From: Podarcis muralis
Lineage: Eukaryota
Direction: 5' to 3'
NCBI RefSeq assembly: GCF_964188315.1
Contig: NC_135655.1
Coordinates: forward strand, 104,222,001 to 104,286,000
DNA: 64,000 bases
Each line of letters starts with the position of its first letter. The first letter of the stretch is position 1. The notes beneath the pieces were generated by a model. That model made no database searches, was not told the origin of the DNA, and saw only the letters and a list, made by a program, of their open reading frames with translations. Made by a program: the position numbers and the translations under genes. This document shows positions 24,133 through 36,826 of the stretch, one piece after another.

Positions 24133-25070
24133 TATTATTATTATGATTATTTATTTAATTTATATGTCACCCTTCAACCAAAGATCACGAGGCAGTTTAC
24201 AATATAAAAAATAAATACCATAATAAGAAGCAATAACAATAACCCCCCCACACACACACACAAACACAGTGTTTAAAAGGCCAAAGATTGTTTAATTAGC
24301 CAAAGACCTGCAATAAGAGGAATGCTTTTGCTTGATGCCTAAAGATATGTAAGGAAGGTGCCAGGGAAGTCTTCCTGGGGACTGCATTCCACAATCAGGG
24401 AGCCACTGCTGAAAAGGCCTATTCTTGTGTTGCAGACCTCTAGATCTCTCACAGAGAAGGCACACAAAGAAGGGCCTTATATGATGATCACAGGTTCCGG
24501 GACAGTTCATATGGGGAGAAGCAGTCCTTGAGGTATTGCAGTCCTGAGCTGTTTAAGCCTTTGAAGGTCAAAACTAGCACTTTAAGCCTTTGAAGGTCAA
24601 AACTAGCACTTTAAATTGGACCCAGAAACTAATTGGTAGCTAGTGTAGTTGGGCCAGGATTGGCATTATATGCTCAAACCATCTTGCCCTGATGATCAAC
24701 CTGGCCACTGAATTCTGCACCAGCTGAAGTTTCCAAACAGAGGCAGCCCCATATATAACACATTGCAATGATCTAACCTAGAGGTTACCACAGCATAGAC
24801 AACAGAAGTTAGGCCAGGCATCCCCAACCTGCGGCCCTCCAGATGTTTTGGCCTACAGCTCCCATGATCCCTAGCTAACAGGACCAGTGGTCAGGGATGA
24901 TGGGAATTGTAGTTCAAAACATCTGGAGGGCCAAAGGTTGGGGGTGCCAGAGTTAGGCTATCCCTATCCAGTTGGGCCATCAGCCAAAGCTGATGGAAGG
25001 CACTCCATGCTGCTGAGGCCAACGTAGCCTCAAGAGACAGCAATAAATCCAGAATTGTGAAAAGACTGTG
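24133..25070 (-). mobile_element. L2 LINE 3' fragment interrupted by a hAT MITE
   Basis: Homologous to 9376-9725 and to L2 ORF2 at 54613-55167; 29-bp tandem duplication at 24552-24609. Confidence 0.8.
24815..24950. mobile_element. Short hAT MITE (CAGGCATCCCCAAC TIR variant)
   Basis: Perfect TSD AGTTAGGC. Confidence 0.93.
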
Positions 25071-25430
25071 AATTCAGTTCAGTTCTGGTGCTGAAACAAA
25101 TCCTTAGTCTCAGAATGTGCTGAGAGGCACCCTGCTCTTTAGTTCTATCACATGACTATGATTAGTACACCTTGGGGCTCTAGTAAAAAGGGAACAAGAG
25201 CAAAGGAGGTCTGACTATCCTGTTCTGCTGGAGCTTGGTAATCACTGAGGAAATGGGAGCAAAGCCTGGCCAGGTTAGACCAGGGCCGTTGCAGTGGCCA
25301 GGGAGCCCTGCTGACTAAGTCTGAGAAAATGTTATCTCAGCAAAACTCTCCTCTCTCGGTGTCTCCCTCCACTCTCCCGGAGAGCTAGCTGCAATTTTTA
25401 AAAAGTAGCTGATGCTGCAATTGCAAAAAA

Positions 25431-25792
25431 GGGACGCGGGTGGCGCTGTGGTCTAAACCACAGAGCCTAGGGCTTGCCGATTGGAAGGTCGGCGGTTCGA
25501 ATCCCCACGACGGGGTGAGCTCCCGTTGCTCAGTCCCTGCTCCTGCCAACCTAGCAGTTCGAAAGCACGCCAAAGTGCAAGTAGATAAATAGGTACCGCT
25601 CCGGTGGGAAAGTAAACGGTGTTTCTGTGTGCTGCTCTGGTTCGCCAGAAGCGGCTTAGTCATGCTGGCCACATGACCCGGAAGCTGTCTGCGGACAAAC
25701 GCCGGCTCCCTCGGCCTATAGAGCGAGATGAGTGCCGCAACCCCAGAGTCGTCTGCGACTGGACCTAACGGTCAGGGGTACCTTTACCTTTT
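25431..25792 (+). mobile_element. Sauria SINE, full length
   Basis: GGGACGCGGGTGGCGCTGTGG head, B box, ACCTTT tail; TSD-like CTGCAATTGCAA/CTGCAACTGCAA. Confidence 0.97.
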
Positions 25793-26678
25793 ACTGCAAC
25801 TGCAAGCTCCTGTGCAACTGTGGAGCAAGAGAAGCCACAGGCGATTGAGGATGACAGGGAAGCCATATCCTTGGATGAGCATAGTGCACAAACACTGACT
25901 TGTGGGTCACCTTGGGGATGCAGGGGATATGACACTGATGAGCCTGAAATCTGCCAGCCCCTGCCTTAAATTAAACAGAAGTTGTCTTTTTTGAAGGACC
26001 AAGAAATAAAATTGGACAGAATAATGTACAGCAGGAGGATAGTAACCATCTCTTAATTTACCATTGCAGTCCCTGTATTTTTGCTATTGCTTTTGCAGAA
26101 ACAGAGTCAAGTTGTACATGGAGCAAATGAACATTTATTCAAAGCTCTCTGCTTCAACCCATTTTATTAAAATCGTGTGCTCCTGACTTGTGTTTTGTGT
26201 TTTAAAAAAATCAAATTCTCAGAGGAAGAAATAAAACTACAGCAGTGAATGAGTAATTTGAAGAATAAGAGTAAATCGCATAAAATGGCTTTGCTTTCCC
26301 ACTCCTGTTTAAAAACAAATAGCGCCTCTCTCTTTTCGCACTTATTCCTTGCCCAGCTGCACCTTTGCTTCCAGAAAAGGATGCTGACTTTGTCCCTGAG
26401 CAGTGACTAGCTTGCACTCAGACTTTGAGAGCATTTGACAAAGTTCCACATCACAGATTAAGGTCTTTGTACAGAGATTGAGGTCTAAGAAAAGGAAAGA
26501 AGCGGAATGGACATAAATGTAACATAAAATGGATTGAGCATCCACGAAAGGGCAGGAAAGGGGGAACATTCATAAATAAAACTTTGCAGCCTGGTGGGGG
26601 GAAAGGTAACAGGAGGGACCCATCGCTGGGTCATCAAGAATAGACCTAGTATTATTTTACAGGGGTTGGGGTGTTTGT

Positions 26679-26679
<1 letters not shown>

Positions 26680-26727
<48 letters not shown>
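26680..26727. repeat. (GA)n microsatellite, about 23 units
   Basis: Directly visible. Confidence 0.97.
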
Positions 26728-26732
<5 letters not shown>

Positions 26733-28606
26733 GAGTTGAGCATACGACCCACTATGCTTGATTGTTTTATTCTCCCCTTACCCTGGGATGAGTTAAGAAT
26801 AAAACTAATGAAATGATGGTGAAACCAGTAAAGGCAACATCAAACGGAGCAAGAGCTGATGGCAAATATAAGGGAAGAGGAAACTGCTAACAAATGATAG
26901 CATTTTAAGAGCAACATTAACACCTCAACTGCTTGCCCATGACCCCACTTCTTAGTGCTCCCCCCCTCCCTGCACAACTGTTCTGAACAAATGGAGTCTT
27001 AATGCACAATCCAGTCCCCTCTTGTCCGACAAAAGTAGTCATCAGGGGTGGTATTCAACAGCAATCCATTGTGCATTCAACTAGCTAATTTCTGTCTCTC
27101 CCTCCCTTTTCTGTTATTTAGCACAAAAACCACAATTTGATGTCCCCACCATCTTCAAAACTGCTTCAAGTTGTAGTGGGTTGGTTTTTCTTCTTCTTTT
27201 GTACCAATGATTAATTGTGCCTGGCCTCCTGTTGCCTCTTAATTGTTTTATACAAGAGGATGATAATATAAGCAATAAGGTTTTATTAATGTCCTAATCA
27301 AATATATTGAAGCACATATGTGTTAAATACAAGAGCATTAAATAGGTGATTTTTCTTAAAAGAGCATTAGGTTTTAGGCATTGATCTCTTGCTTATTAAT
27401 CTGGATTCCACAAAATGATAAGCATTTGTTTAGATTGTCTGTAATAAAGAAAAGCTTATTTGCTAAAATATAGACATTACTCTTGCAGAGAGTTCAGCTC
27501 CCCATAGACACTACAGTGAACAAAAGAGGGGCTCTCATCTTGTTTAGAACATGTTTTGCTTAATTCTGTAGCATATTTAAAATAAAACCGTCACTCTCAG
27601 CCATGCCTCAGACAGGATTTTTTCTCATCCTGAACATTTTCAGGGCTGTTAGGAGAAGATGGAAATCAAATGCAAGTGGCAATTTCAATGAAAACCCTTA
27701 ACCTCTGTGGCAAAATGCCTCTTTTAAGAGGACTTTTTTTATCAAGGGTAAGATGTGAATATGAATAATTTCAAGGGGAAGCTACTTCTGTATGAACTAG
27801 GAGCTCTGTGAACTGGGAGACATCCCACTATTACTGAACTCAGTAGATAATATTAAAGTCTAACAACCCCACCAGGGTTTTAATGTGATCAGATCAAGCC
27901 TCTCTCCCTGCCTGCAAAAAAAGAAAAAAGAAAGTGCCATAAAAATAACACTTTGCACTTCTCTGTGGTATTTTTCGTCAGGAGATCTGAGAGTGCTCTT
28001 CAAGCCTTGAATAATTAAGCTTCAAATTATCCCGAGCGATAGGTAGGCCTGCTGAAACATGCAGCACACCAAATCTGACACTCGGGCGCTTCAAGGATTT
28101 AGGCTGAGAAACTAAGAAGCATACCTAGGAGATTATGAAAGCACTGCAGCTGCAACTTAGGATGGCTTTGGGCATGCAGCATCTAGCTATTTTCCTCTCT
28201 GTGTGGTGCTTCCAGCCAAACACACACACAAAAAGTATGGGGGGGGGAGGAGCAGCATGCCTGTGTTCTGCCAACATGCTATGCATCCTAGGTCAGCAAA
28301 AAGCAGCCATGGATCTGTTTCTCTTTTCCTTTGTAAACAGAGGCACGTTGCTGAAGACATACCTCAGGAACTAGGGAATGGGTCAAAGCCTGTATTTTAC
28401 AGGAGACTTATTAATTACTTCGCTACATATTGTCTTTGTATAGATGGGAGAGATGGGCAAAAGCAGGGATGTGTCCAGCACTTACATCTCCTAGTTTCCA
28501 GAGGGGTATCCACAGATAGTTTCACAGATTGTAATTGTTTCACTGACAATTTGTTAATGATTCTATACGGCTTGTGCTGTATTTGTGATGTTCTACTATT
28601 ATGTTC

Positions 28607-28971
28607 GAGGGACGCGGGTGGCGCTGCGGGTAAAAGCCTCAGCGCCTAGGGCTTGCCTATCGAAAGGTCGGCGGTTCGAATCCCCGCGGCGGGGTGCGCT
28701 CCCGTTGCTCGGTCCCAGCGCCTGCCAACCTAGCAGTTCGAAAGCACCCCCGGGTGCAAGTAGATAAATAGGGACCGCTTACTAGCGGGAAGGTAAACGG
28801 CGTTTCCGTGTGCGGCTCTGGCTCGCCAGAGCAGCGATGTCACGCTGGCCACGTGACCCGGAAGTGTCTCCGGACAGCGCTGGCCCCTGGCCTATAGAGT
28901 GAGATGGGCGCACAACCCTAGAGTCTGTCAAGACTGGCCCGTACGGGCAGGGGTACCTTTACCTTTACCTT
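28607..28971 (+). mobile_element. Sauria SINE subfamily B, young full-length copy
   Basis: Perfect 13-bp TSD TACTATTATGTTC (28594-28606 / 28972-28984); CpGs largely intact. Confidence 0.98.
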
Positions 28972-29453
28972 TACTATTATGTTCTGCCATGCTTTCGTTA
29001 TTATTTTTTTTGTTAGCAAGCCACTTTGGAATTCATATGAATGAAAAGGGACATAGAAATATAACCAATCCATCAGTGTTGTTCTGTTGCTGCAAAGGAA
29101 ACTAAGAATCCAGTGGCACTAGAAAGACTAACGGAAGGTGTTGTGGCATAAGCTTTTGCGGACAAACATTTTGTCAAAATAACATGGGTGTAGAGTTGGT
29201 GGGATTGTAATGCATTTTTTTAAAAAAAATACTTTTCACCCCCCTTGTGCTTAGGCATGCCAACTTAAAACAAAATATCATCTATCTGATTAAGTGTGGT
29301 CCGTGGATCCCCAATGGTCCATCACCTTTATTCAGGTGGTCTGCTGTGGGAACTCTGTACAGTAGCATAGCTGTGTGTGAGACAGACAGTCAGACAGGCA
29401 GGCAGCAGGCACAGTGATTGTTCCATCATTCTTAGGACCCAAAAGTCCACCTG

Positions 29454-29747
29454 CAGGGCTGGTTTGATGAGGCCCTAAGCTACTGAAGATAATGGGGCCC
29501 TTTATATGTCCAGCTGTCCTTTGTTAACAACAAATTGTTGCTGTTTTTTGCGTTGAATATATGGTAATTTATGGACCTAACAGATATCTAAATATGTTTT
29601 TTATCAAAGTAATTGTTGAACTGAAATACAATTAAGAATTTTGGAAATGTACATCCAGATTTTTTTCCTTTAAATTTTTTTTGGGGCCCCCAAGAGAGTG
29701 GGGCCCTATGCTATAGCATGTTTAGCCTATATGTAAATCCAGCACTG
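29454..29747. mobile_element. hAT non-autonomous element
   Basis: Perfect 8-bp TSD TCCACCTG; TIRs CAGGGCTGGTTT / AAATCCAGCACTG. Confidence 0.88.
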
Positions 29748-29992
29748 TCCACCTGGAAGGTGAGCATGGCAAACCAGAAGTGATAGGGATTAGGATGTTC
29801 TGCTTTCCTCAGAGGGGTGAACCTCTGGTTGGTGGCAGGATGAGAAAGGTCTTGATTGGGGAAAAGAGGCTGACATGAAACTTGAAAGGGGTGGAGAGTC
29901 AATACGTGGGAACGAAGGAAGCAGCAAGAAAAGTGGGAAGAAGCAAAGAGCGGGAACATCTGTAAATGGTATCAGAAACCACTTATTGAAAG

Positions 29993-30345
29993 GGACGCAG
30001 GTGGCGCTGTGGGTTAAACCACAGAGCCTAGGCTTGCCGATCAGAAGGTCGCCGATTTGAATCCCCGCGACGGGGTGAGCACCCGTTGCTCGGTCCCTGC
30101 TCCTGCCAACCTAGCAGTTCGAAAGCACCTCAAAGTGCAAGTAGATAAATAGGTACCACTCTGGCAGGAAGGTAAACGGCGTTTCCGTGCGCTGCTCTGG
30201 TTCGCCAGAAGCGGCTTAGTCATGCTGGCCACACGACCCGGAAGCTGTACGCCGGCTCCCTCGGCCAATAAAGGAAGATGAGTGCCGCAACCCCAGAATC
30301 GGTCACGACTGGACCTAATGGTCAGGGGTCCCCTTTACCTTTTTT
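29993..30345 (+). mobile_element. Sauria SINE, full length
   Basis: Perfect 15-bp TSD ACCACTTATTGAAAG (29978-29992 / 30346-30360). Confidence 0.98.
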
Positions 30346-30947
30346 ACCACTTATTGAAAGCTGTTCTAAGGCCTTAGGCCAGTCTCCCCTTGCAGCTTGT
30401 CTCATCCAATCTGGATAAGGATCAAGCCAGTTTTATAGAGGATTTTGCCCGCATCATCCACAGGCAACAATTATTCTCCCCCAGCATGCCATGAGGCGCA
30501 TTCCTCTTGCCTTCCACACATACACAAGTAGCACAACTGGCATTAATTTGGCGATTTAAAACCAGCAGGACGAAATAGAAACATTGAAACCCTCAAGCAT
30601 CAACTTATATAAGTAAGTAGAAGGATAGAGCTGTGCTGTGAAAAGAGCTTCCCATATTGCCCTGTGTAATTAAAACACCATTCTGATGACAAGTCACCTG
30701 TGAAAAGATCTCTGGGCGGGGGGGGGGGTGTGTTGTGTTGTTTTTAATCCTAGTGCAATTTTATTTAAAGCAATGGAGTTCTAACCTAGAAAACCTCATC
30801 ACAAGCACAGTGTTTGCTGAGCAAGGCGGCACCCTGTCCTGTGGCATCTTTCGCTAAAGCCTCTCTTTGCGTTAACTTTCATAGCGTGGTGCCCTCACTA
30901 TAGCCTTCAATACCTGAAAAATTAGCAGAGGAATTTGACTGATTATC

Positions 30948-31130
30948 NNNNNNNNNNNNNNNNNNNNNNNNNNNNNNNNNNNNNNNNNNNNNNNNNNNNN
31001 NNNNNNNNNNNNNNNNNNNNNNNNNNNNNNNNNNNNNNNNNNNNNNNNNNNNNNNNNNNNNNNNNNNNNNNNNNNNNNNNNNNNNNNNNNNNNNNNNNNN
31101 NNNNNNNNNNNNNNNNNNNNNNNNNNNNNT
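30948..31130. other. N-run, 183 nt
   Basis: Directly visible; unique flanks. Confidence 1.
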
Positions 31131-31689
31131 TGCTGCTGTAATTCCACCGAGTAGGTCATAGCAAAATGCTACAAAGTTAAATTTCTCCTGTGGTGAAAGG
31201 CAGGTACTGTGGGCACCTATTTTAAAAGGCACAGGCAAAGGGGAGAATGGAAAGAAATCTTCTGCATTCCTTCCAGGAGGGTGCAGGAGAGAACTAGTTG
31301 GGGAAAGGTTTTGTGGCTGTGAATCCGAGCCGTTCCAGGCAGGTGTTTGCTATTAACCAAACTTAAGTACTATAGAAATTACTCAGCCAACTATAAAACT
31401 AAGGTGTAAGCATTTCCTGTAACTGAAAGAGCAGGTTTCTGCAGCTTAGTATGTACTGTTTGAAACAGTCTCTCTTGGTTGCCTTTTTTCCCCTTCTTGC
31501 ACTTTTTAACAGCTACAGTAAGAAGCAGAAATTAAACAGGTGAATGTTTTTCTTTTCAATATATCTCAGGCTGGAAGTTGCTTCACCGCTTTTAACTTCT
31601 GCCTCGCACACTATCATGAAGGAAGCCAGTTCCTTCCTGAAGAAAAGAGCAGTGCTAAATATGTGCTATATATCAGAGAAGGGGATGGG

Positions 31690-31812
31690 GGCCCTTTTGG
31701 CCTTGCAGAAGCTGCTGAACTATAACTCCCAGCAAGCATGGCCAGTGGCCTGGGATGATGGGAGTTGTAGTGCAGCAACATATGGAGAGCCAAAGATTCC
31801 CCACACCTGCTC
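31690..31812. mobile_element. Older palindromic hAT-like MITE remnant
   Basis: gaactataactcccagca..tggcca.tggcctgggatgatgggagttgtagt core; relatives at about 16990-17065, 37490-37600 and 49305-49440. Confidence 0.65.
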
Positions 31813-31816
31813 TATA

Positions 31817-32047
31817 CAGTGGTACCTCGGGTTAAGAACTTAATTCGTTCTGGAGGTCCGTTCTTACCCTGAAACTGTTCTTAACCTGAGGTACCACTTT
31901 AGCTAATGGGGCCTCCTGCTGTCGCCGCACGATTTCTGTTCTCATCCTGAAGCAAAGTTCTTAACCCGAGGAACTATTTCTTGGTTAACGGAGTCTGTAA
32001 CCTGAAGCATCTGTAACCTGAAGCGTCTTTATCCCGAGGTACCACTG
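31817..32047. mobile_element. Tc1/mariner-type MITE
   Basis: TA-CAGTGGTACCTCGGG...CCGAGGTACCACTG-TA. Confidence 0.92.
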
Positions 32048-32058
32048 TATATGATAAT

Positions 32059-32277
32059 GCCAAGTAGATAAATAGGTACCGTTCCAGTGGGAAGGTAAAC
32101 GGCATTTCCATGCGCGGCTCTCGTTTCGCCAAAAGCGGCTTAGTCATGCTGGCCACATGACCTGGAAAAACTGTCTGCGGACAAACGCCGGCTCCCTCGG
32201 CCTGTAAAGCAAGATGAGCACCGCAACCCCAGACTCATCTACAACTGGACTTAGCTGTCAGGGGTCCTTTACCTTTT
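32059..32277 (+). mobile_element. Sauria SINE, 5'-truncated
   Basis: Starts at CAAGTAGATAAATAGG, ends with the CCTTTACCTTTT tail. Confidence 0.92.
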
Positions 32278-32599
32278 AAGGACAGGGGGCAACATGTCCC
32301 ATTTCGCCACTTGAGGCAAAACAGGAAGTGCCCCCCTGCCCTGACGCTGCTGCTGCTTGCCCCATCACGCCTAGTAAAGAGACAATGGCATTAGAACTGA
32401 TTTCAAGTGAGAATGTGCCGATTTCCAGCAAGATCTCACTGGAAACTGGTGTGATCTCGCCTGAAATCAGCTGCAGTGCCAGTGCTACTTTTTTGCTGTT
32501 GGTGTAGCAAGCGGGCAGGTGAGGAGCCCATGGGTGTGCCCACCTTACCTAATGACTGTGCCGGCCCTGCCTAAGGATAGGAAAGTGCTTGTTTTAAAT

Positions 32600-32735
32600 C
32601 AGGCATAGGCAAACTCGGCCCTCCAGATGTTTTGGGACTACATCTCCCATCATCCCTAGCTAACAGGACTAGTGGTCAGGGATGATGGGAGCTGTAGTCC
32701 CAAAACATCTGGAGGGCCGAGTTTGTCTATGCCTG
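32600..32735. mobile_element. Short hAT MITE
   Basis: TIR CAGGCATAGGCAAAC; TSD TTTTAAAT/ATTTAAAT. Confidence 0.92.
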
Positions 32736-33677
32736 ATTTAAATAAATGAAATCCCAGCTCTAAAGTGCCTACAACCCATCCAGCACGGGTTATCTCTGAG
32801 GATTTAGGTTTATGGGTTTTAATCCATAGGAAATTAATGCATTCTCTATTTCACTTATTTTTTAAAAAAATAACTAGGTATCTCTCTTGCCTATCTTTAG
32901 CATTGTTTATCACCTTAAATGCTTTCAGTCTATACACAATATATGACATCACATTTATTAAACTGGGATTTTTAATTTGTTGCAGGTGTTCTATGGAAGG
33001 TTTTGCAAACATTTAGTGTTAGGGTTTTTTTTTCATAAAAAATCCATTTTCCAAATGTCTGAATAATGACAAAAGACCTTCTAACCGAATATTAAGGCAG
33101 GGAATTCATCTAAACATCACAAATGTAATCATAAGTAGAGCAAGCTGTAGCTGCAAGACTGATTAATATTGGCTTGGTATAATGTTGTTGGGACGATTAC
33201 TCTTGACACTCAAATATATATATGAGGGAAAGGGGCTATATGCATGTGGCTACAATACATTAAAATGTATTTCTTGCCCCCCTGGGAAAGCCGAGTTGCT
33301 GAAGATGAAAAAATTAACAGAAATGTTTTAGAGACAATCATATTTAATTGCAAATTGGAAAAGAAGATAAGAAGTGTTAGTGTAAAGCAAAGTACTTTTA
33401 TTGACTCTGTTCGCCCATATAAAGTAGGCTTAGAGCCATGCAAAAAAATATTATGGGCATTTGAAGTCAAAGGCTCCCCATGTCAACATTTCTGCTTTTC
33501 CTCCTAACACCTGGGTTGCTCTTACACAGGAGCAATCATAGCATGATAAATGCCTTACCATGCTGTTAGAACTAGTGTGAATTTCCACTAATGTTAACAT
33601 ATGCCTTCAGTACTTTTAGTGTCGCTTACCACTAAGACCAGTGGTGGCCTACTCTATTTTGAGGATTTTCAGGTCTG

Positions 33678-33833
33678 AGGGTCTGGATAGCTCAGTTGGT
33701 TATAGCGTGATGCTGATAATGCCAAGGTTGCAGGTTTGATCCCCCTATGGGGCAACTGCATATCCCTGTATTGTAAGGAGGTAGAACTACTAGGTGGTCC
33801 TCAGGGTCCCTTCCAACTCTACTATTCTATGAT
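33678..33833 (+). mobile_element. Squam2-like tRNA-derived SINE
   Basis: A box TAGCTCAGTTGG, B box GGTTTGATCCC, CR1-type tail GGTCCCTTCCAACTCTACTATTCTATGAT. Confidence 0.88.
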
Positions 33834-33940
33834 CTGAAATGAACTTTTGCTTCAAGCCTGTTCTCTTTACAGGAGCTTGAACTCTATAAGAACCTTCCAG
33901 ACATTTATTATTTTCCAACTTTCTTCCAGATGGGTTACAC

Positions 33941-34076
33941 CAGGCATAGGCAAACTCAGCCCTCCAGATGTTTTTCGCCTACAACTCCCATTATCCCTAG
34001 CTAACAGGACCAGTAGTCAGGGATGGTGGGAATTGTAGTCCCAAAACATCTGGAGGGCCGAGTTTGCCTATGCCTG
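33941..34076. mobile_element. Short hAT MITE
   Basis: Perfect TSD GGTTACAC. Confidence 0.95.
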
Positions 34077-34974
34077 GGTTACACGCAGGCACAATCTCCA
34101 ACTGCTTGGAAGAAGCCCTGGAGAGGAGACGACAAAGATGGTTTCAAAGATGAAACTTGATTCATGGAGTAAGACCTAAACAGCGTGAGCGGCTGTGCTC
34201 ATGAGTCCTGAAACTCTGTCCAGTCTGTGAAGATGGTGTTTCACTAATAAAGAGTTAACTCCGGCTTTGAACTATGTGATTTACTGACCAGCTGGCTTTG
34301 TAACACCATGGGGCACGTTGACCTCCATTAACCAACCCCATAGAAGCCCTTGAGGTTGAGGACATATAAAGATGGATGTCATCACAGGTCTGACAAAATA
34401 GAGTTAAAATCCGTGGTTCAGTTAGTAGATTTAACAGTCTTATGGCCCTCCTCCCTCCCTTTCAATAGTAACGCGTGTAACTTCATTTATACTTACTGGA
34501 AAAATGCCCTAAGTCCTACTGTGCTTCTTGGCCCTTCTGCTGATTCTACTGAATAGGGCCCAGGACCTCTGCCCACAAGTCTTGCACTGACAGCACCACT
34601 GGAGTGAACCATTTACGTTTTAAAAGCAAAACCAAACGGCAAAGCTGAAATGCTTGGAAAAGAAGCAAAGAGCATGATGCCCAACTAGGACAGAGTCAAC
34701 TCTGTATACAGATAATGGCCAAGACTAGGGATGGAGAAGGAATCCATTCTAAATGGATTTAGACACAGATTTCAGAGGTTTTGATGTGACTGAAGTTTGC
34801 TTACACTAGACCACCTCTCGCATCAAGCCCATCTAATTATATGCAAAATCACACACACACACACACAATGTGTAATATATATATATAATATTGTATGAAA
34901 GAATGAAGCCACATGCTAAATGTAGGACCATAATTTCCCATTAGTATATACATACTTTATAAAAATGATTCATT

Positions 34975-35125
34975 TATTGCATTTACGCTATATACCACCA
35001 TTTTCTTCCACAACAGCACTGTGAGGTTAAGCTAAGAGATGGTGACTGGCCCAAGGTCACCCAGTGAGCTTCATGCCTGGTCTCTCAGGTCATACCAATA
35101 ATCTAACCATTATGCCACACTCGCT
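34975..35125 (-). mobile_element. MIR/Squam3-like SINE remnant
   Basis: gtgactggcccaaggtcacccag shared with 45270-45513. Confidence 0.65.
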
Positions 35126-36053
35126 CTAATACATTATACGCATTGTTGTATATATCTGCTAATCTACTAGCTACCTTAGGATACCTGGAATGTGTATACA
35201 TAGAATATTATGCATGTACTATGTGATAATTGTTTAGCAGAACTAGGAGCAGGGACTCACTTCTTGTTCAGTTTAAGGACCAAGATGGGAATTAAGGGGG
35301 GGGGGGCGGAATCCATTTGGGTAAGTTTGACATTGAGATTTTCAGAAAGTTTCCATCCCTAGACAAGGTAGTCCAAATAATGATGCCAACTAGGCTGGTT
35401 TGTGACTGTTGCAGAGTATCTGCTGTCCTTCAAGCAATCCTTGATTCATTAGCCACAATCTTTTAATTAGTTAAAACAGCCAAATATGGAATTGCAGGAA
35501 AGCAAGTCTTCCAACCCATCTATCTGTACAAGGGGTGGAGAAGGTAGATTTCTGGGTCATTGGCAAGGATTTCTGACTTCTAAATGTTCAACAACAGCAA
35601 CTACAGAATGACTCCCACACCCCAAGCTAGATTACACTGCTAAGTGAAAAGTTTGGGAGTGCATAACCAGGAGATTTTCATGCGGAAAGACTGCTAGCTC
35701 CTTTCAGTTCTAGGTTCTCTGATTTTTGAAAATTCTAAATGCATGTCTTTTGCACCTCCCTCAGGCAGGTTGATCTCAGTGTTTGGGTAAAAAGGAATGC
35801 AGACCCAGAAGCATGAAACCTCCCCACGCCTGCTCTATAGTCATAAGAGTTTGATATGTTCTTCCCCAGCCAAACCCAATACAGTGCAAACATCAACATT
35901 CCAAACTTTAGAATTTGTGGAACATAAAGCTGTCTCAAGTAGCTGAAACTAATTCAAAAACAAGTGAATTATGTGTGCCCATGTCCCTCTCCCCCAACCT
36001 CACTGTATTTCCAAAGGATCAATTTGCAATGGGATGTACTGGAGATAACTTTT

Positions 36054-36212
36054 NNNNNNNNNNNNNNNNNNNNNNNNNNNNNNNNNNNNNNNNNNNNNNN
36101 NNNNNNNNNNNNNNNNNNNNNNNNNNNNNNNNNNNNNNNNNNNNNNNNNNNNNNNNNNNNNNNNNNNNNNNNNNNNNNNNNNNNNNNNNNNNNNNNNNNN
36201 NNNNNNNNNNNN
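36054..36212. other. N-run, 159 nt
   Basis: Directly visible; unique flanks. Confidence 1.
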
Positions 36213-36826
36213 AATATATGACCCTGGGGAATACAGCCAAATGCTTTAACCACTTAGTCAACTTACCTTTCCAAAGAGCTAGCAAAAATTCATGATCTGG
36301 AAAAAAATTGTTTACTTCAGCCAGTGCTAAAAGTCCCTGTGTCTTTTAAAACTGTCAGGTTTTTTTTACTAGCAATGCAAAAGATCTTAGCAAGCTAGCT
36401 GCACATTTAATTAATTGAAACTCAACCTCCCTAGACAAATCACAGATGCTCTCCATATTTAGCATGGTATCTCTTAGACAGCTGTGCTAATCTATGTAGT
36501 AACATTACCCTGTAGCTAAACATCTGGACAAAGCTAAGAAAATGAACAATACTTCTTGATTCTGCCAGACACATACCCACAAGTTACATCACAACACGAA
36601 AAAGGGGGGAAAATACTAAACACCCAGCATGCTGTCCTATTTATTAAACAACAAACATGCAAACGGCTTAATGCAATGTATGGGCAGCAGTCAGATACCT
36701 TAAACTTACAACTCAGTGATATCAAAGAACTTTATTTTTGTTTCCTTTTCTGATGGTTTTCTAAAGGTAGGACTTCATGATTTAAAGAAACATCAGGCTA
36801 ACACTGAAAATGGCATCCCCTTATAA

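Noticed and set aside
25385-25672. Recurrent MASMTKPLLANQSS ORFs (also 19542, 30041, 31974)
   Set aside because: Antisense reading of Sauria SINE copies, not a gene family
25935-25965. CTGATGAG-CCT-GAAA hammerhead-like core
   Set aside because: No stem II closing G-C pair, and no stem III or cleavage triplet
28203-28649. 148-aa ORF (also the 125-aa ORF at 42871-43248)
   Set aside because: No domain; runs into a SINE or hAT element; composition looks non-coding
29143-29163. GGCATAAGCTTTTGCGGAC resembling a Penelope-type terminal motif
   Set aside because: Too short and without flanking homology
33685-33750. tRNA-like sequences (also 50142-50215)
   Set aside because: A and B boxes are present but they continue into SINE bodies and no cloverleaf acceptor stem forms; these are SINE heads, not tRNA genes
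36267-36278. 12-nt minus-strand micro-exon (LFGK) with AAG|GTAAGT donor
   Set aside because: Only about 40 nt from the next candidate acceptor and has no independent support
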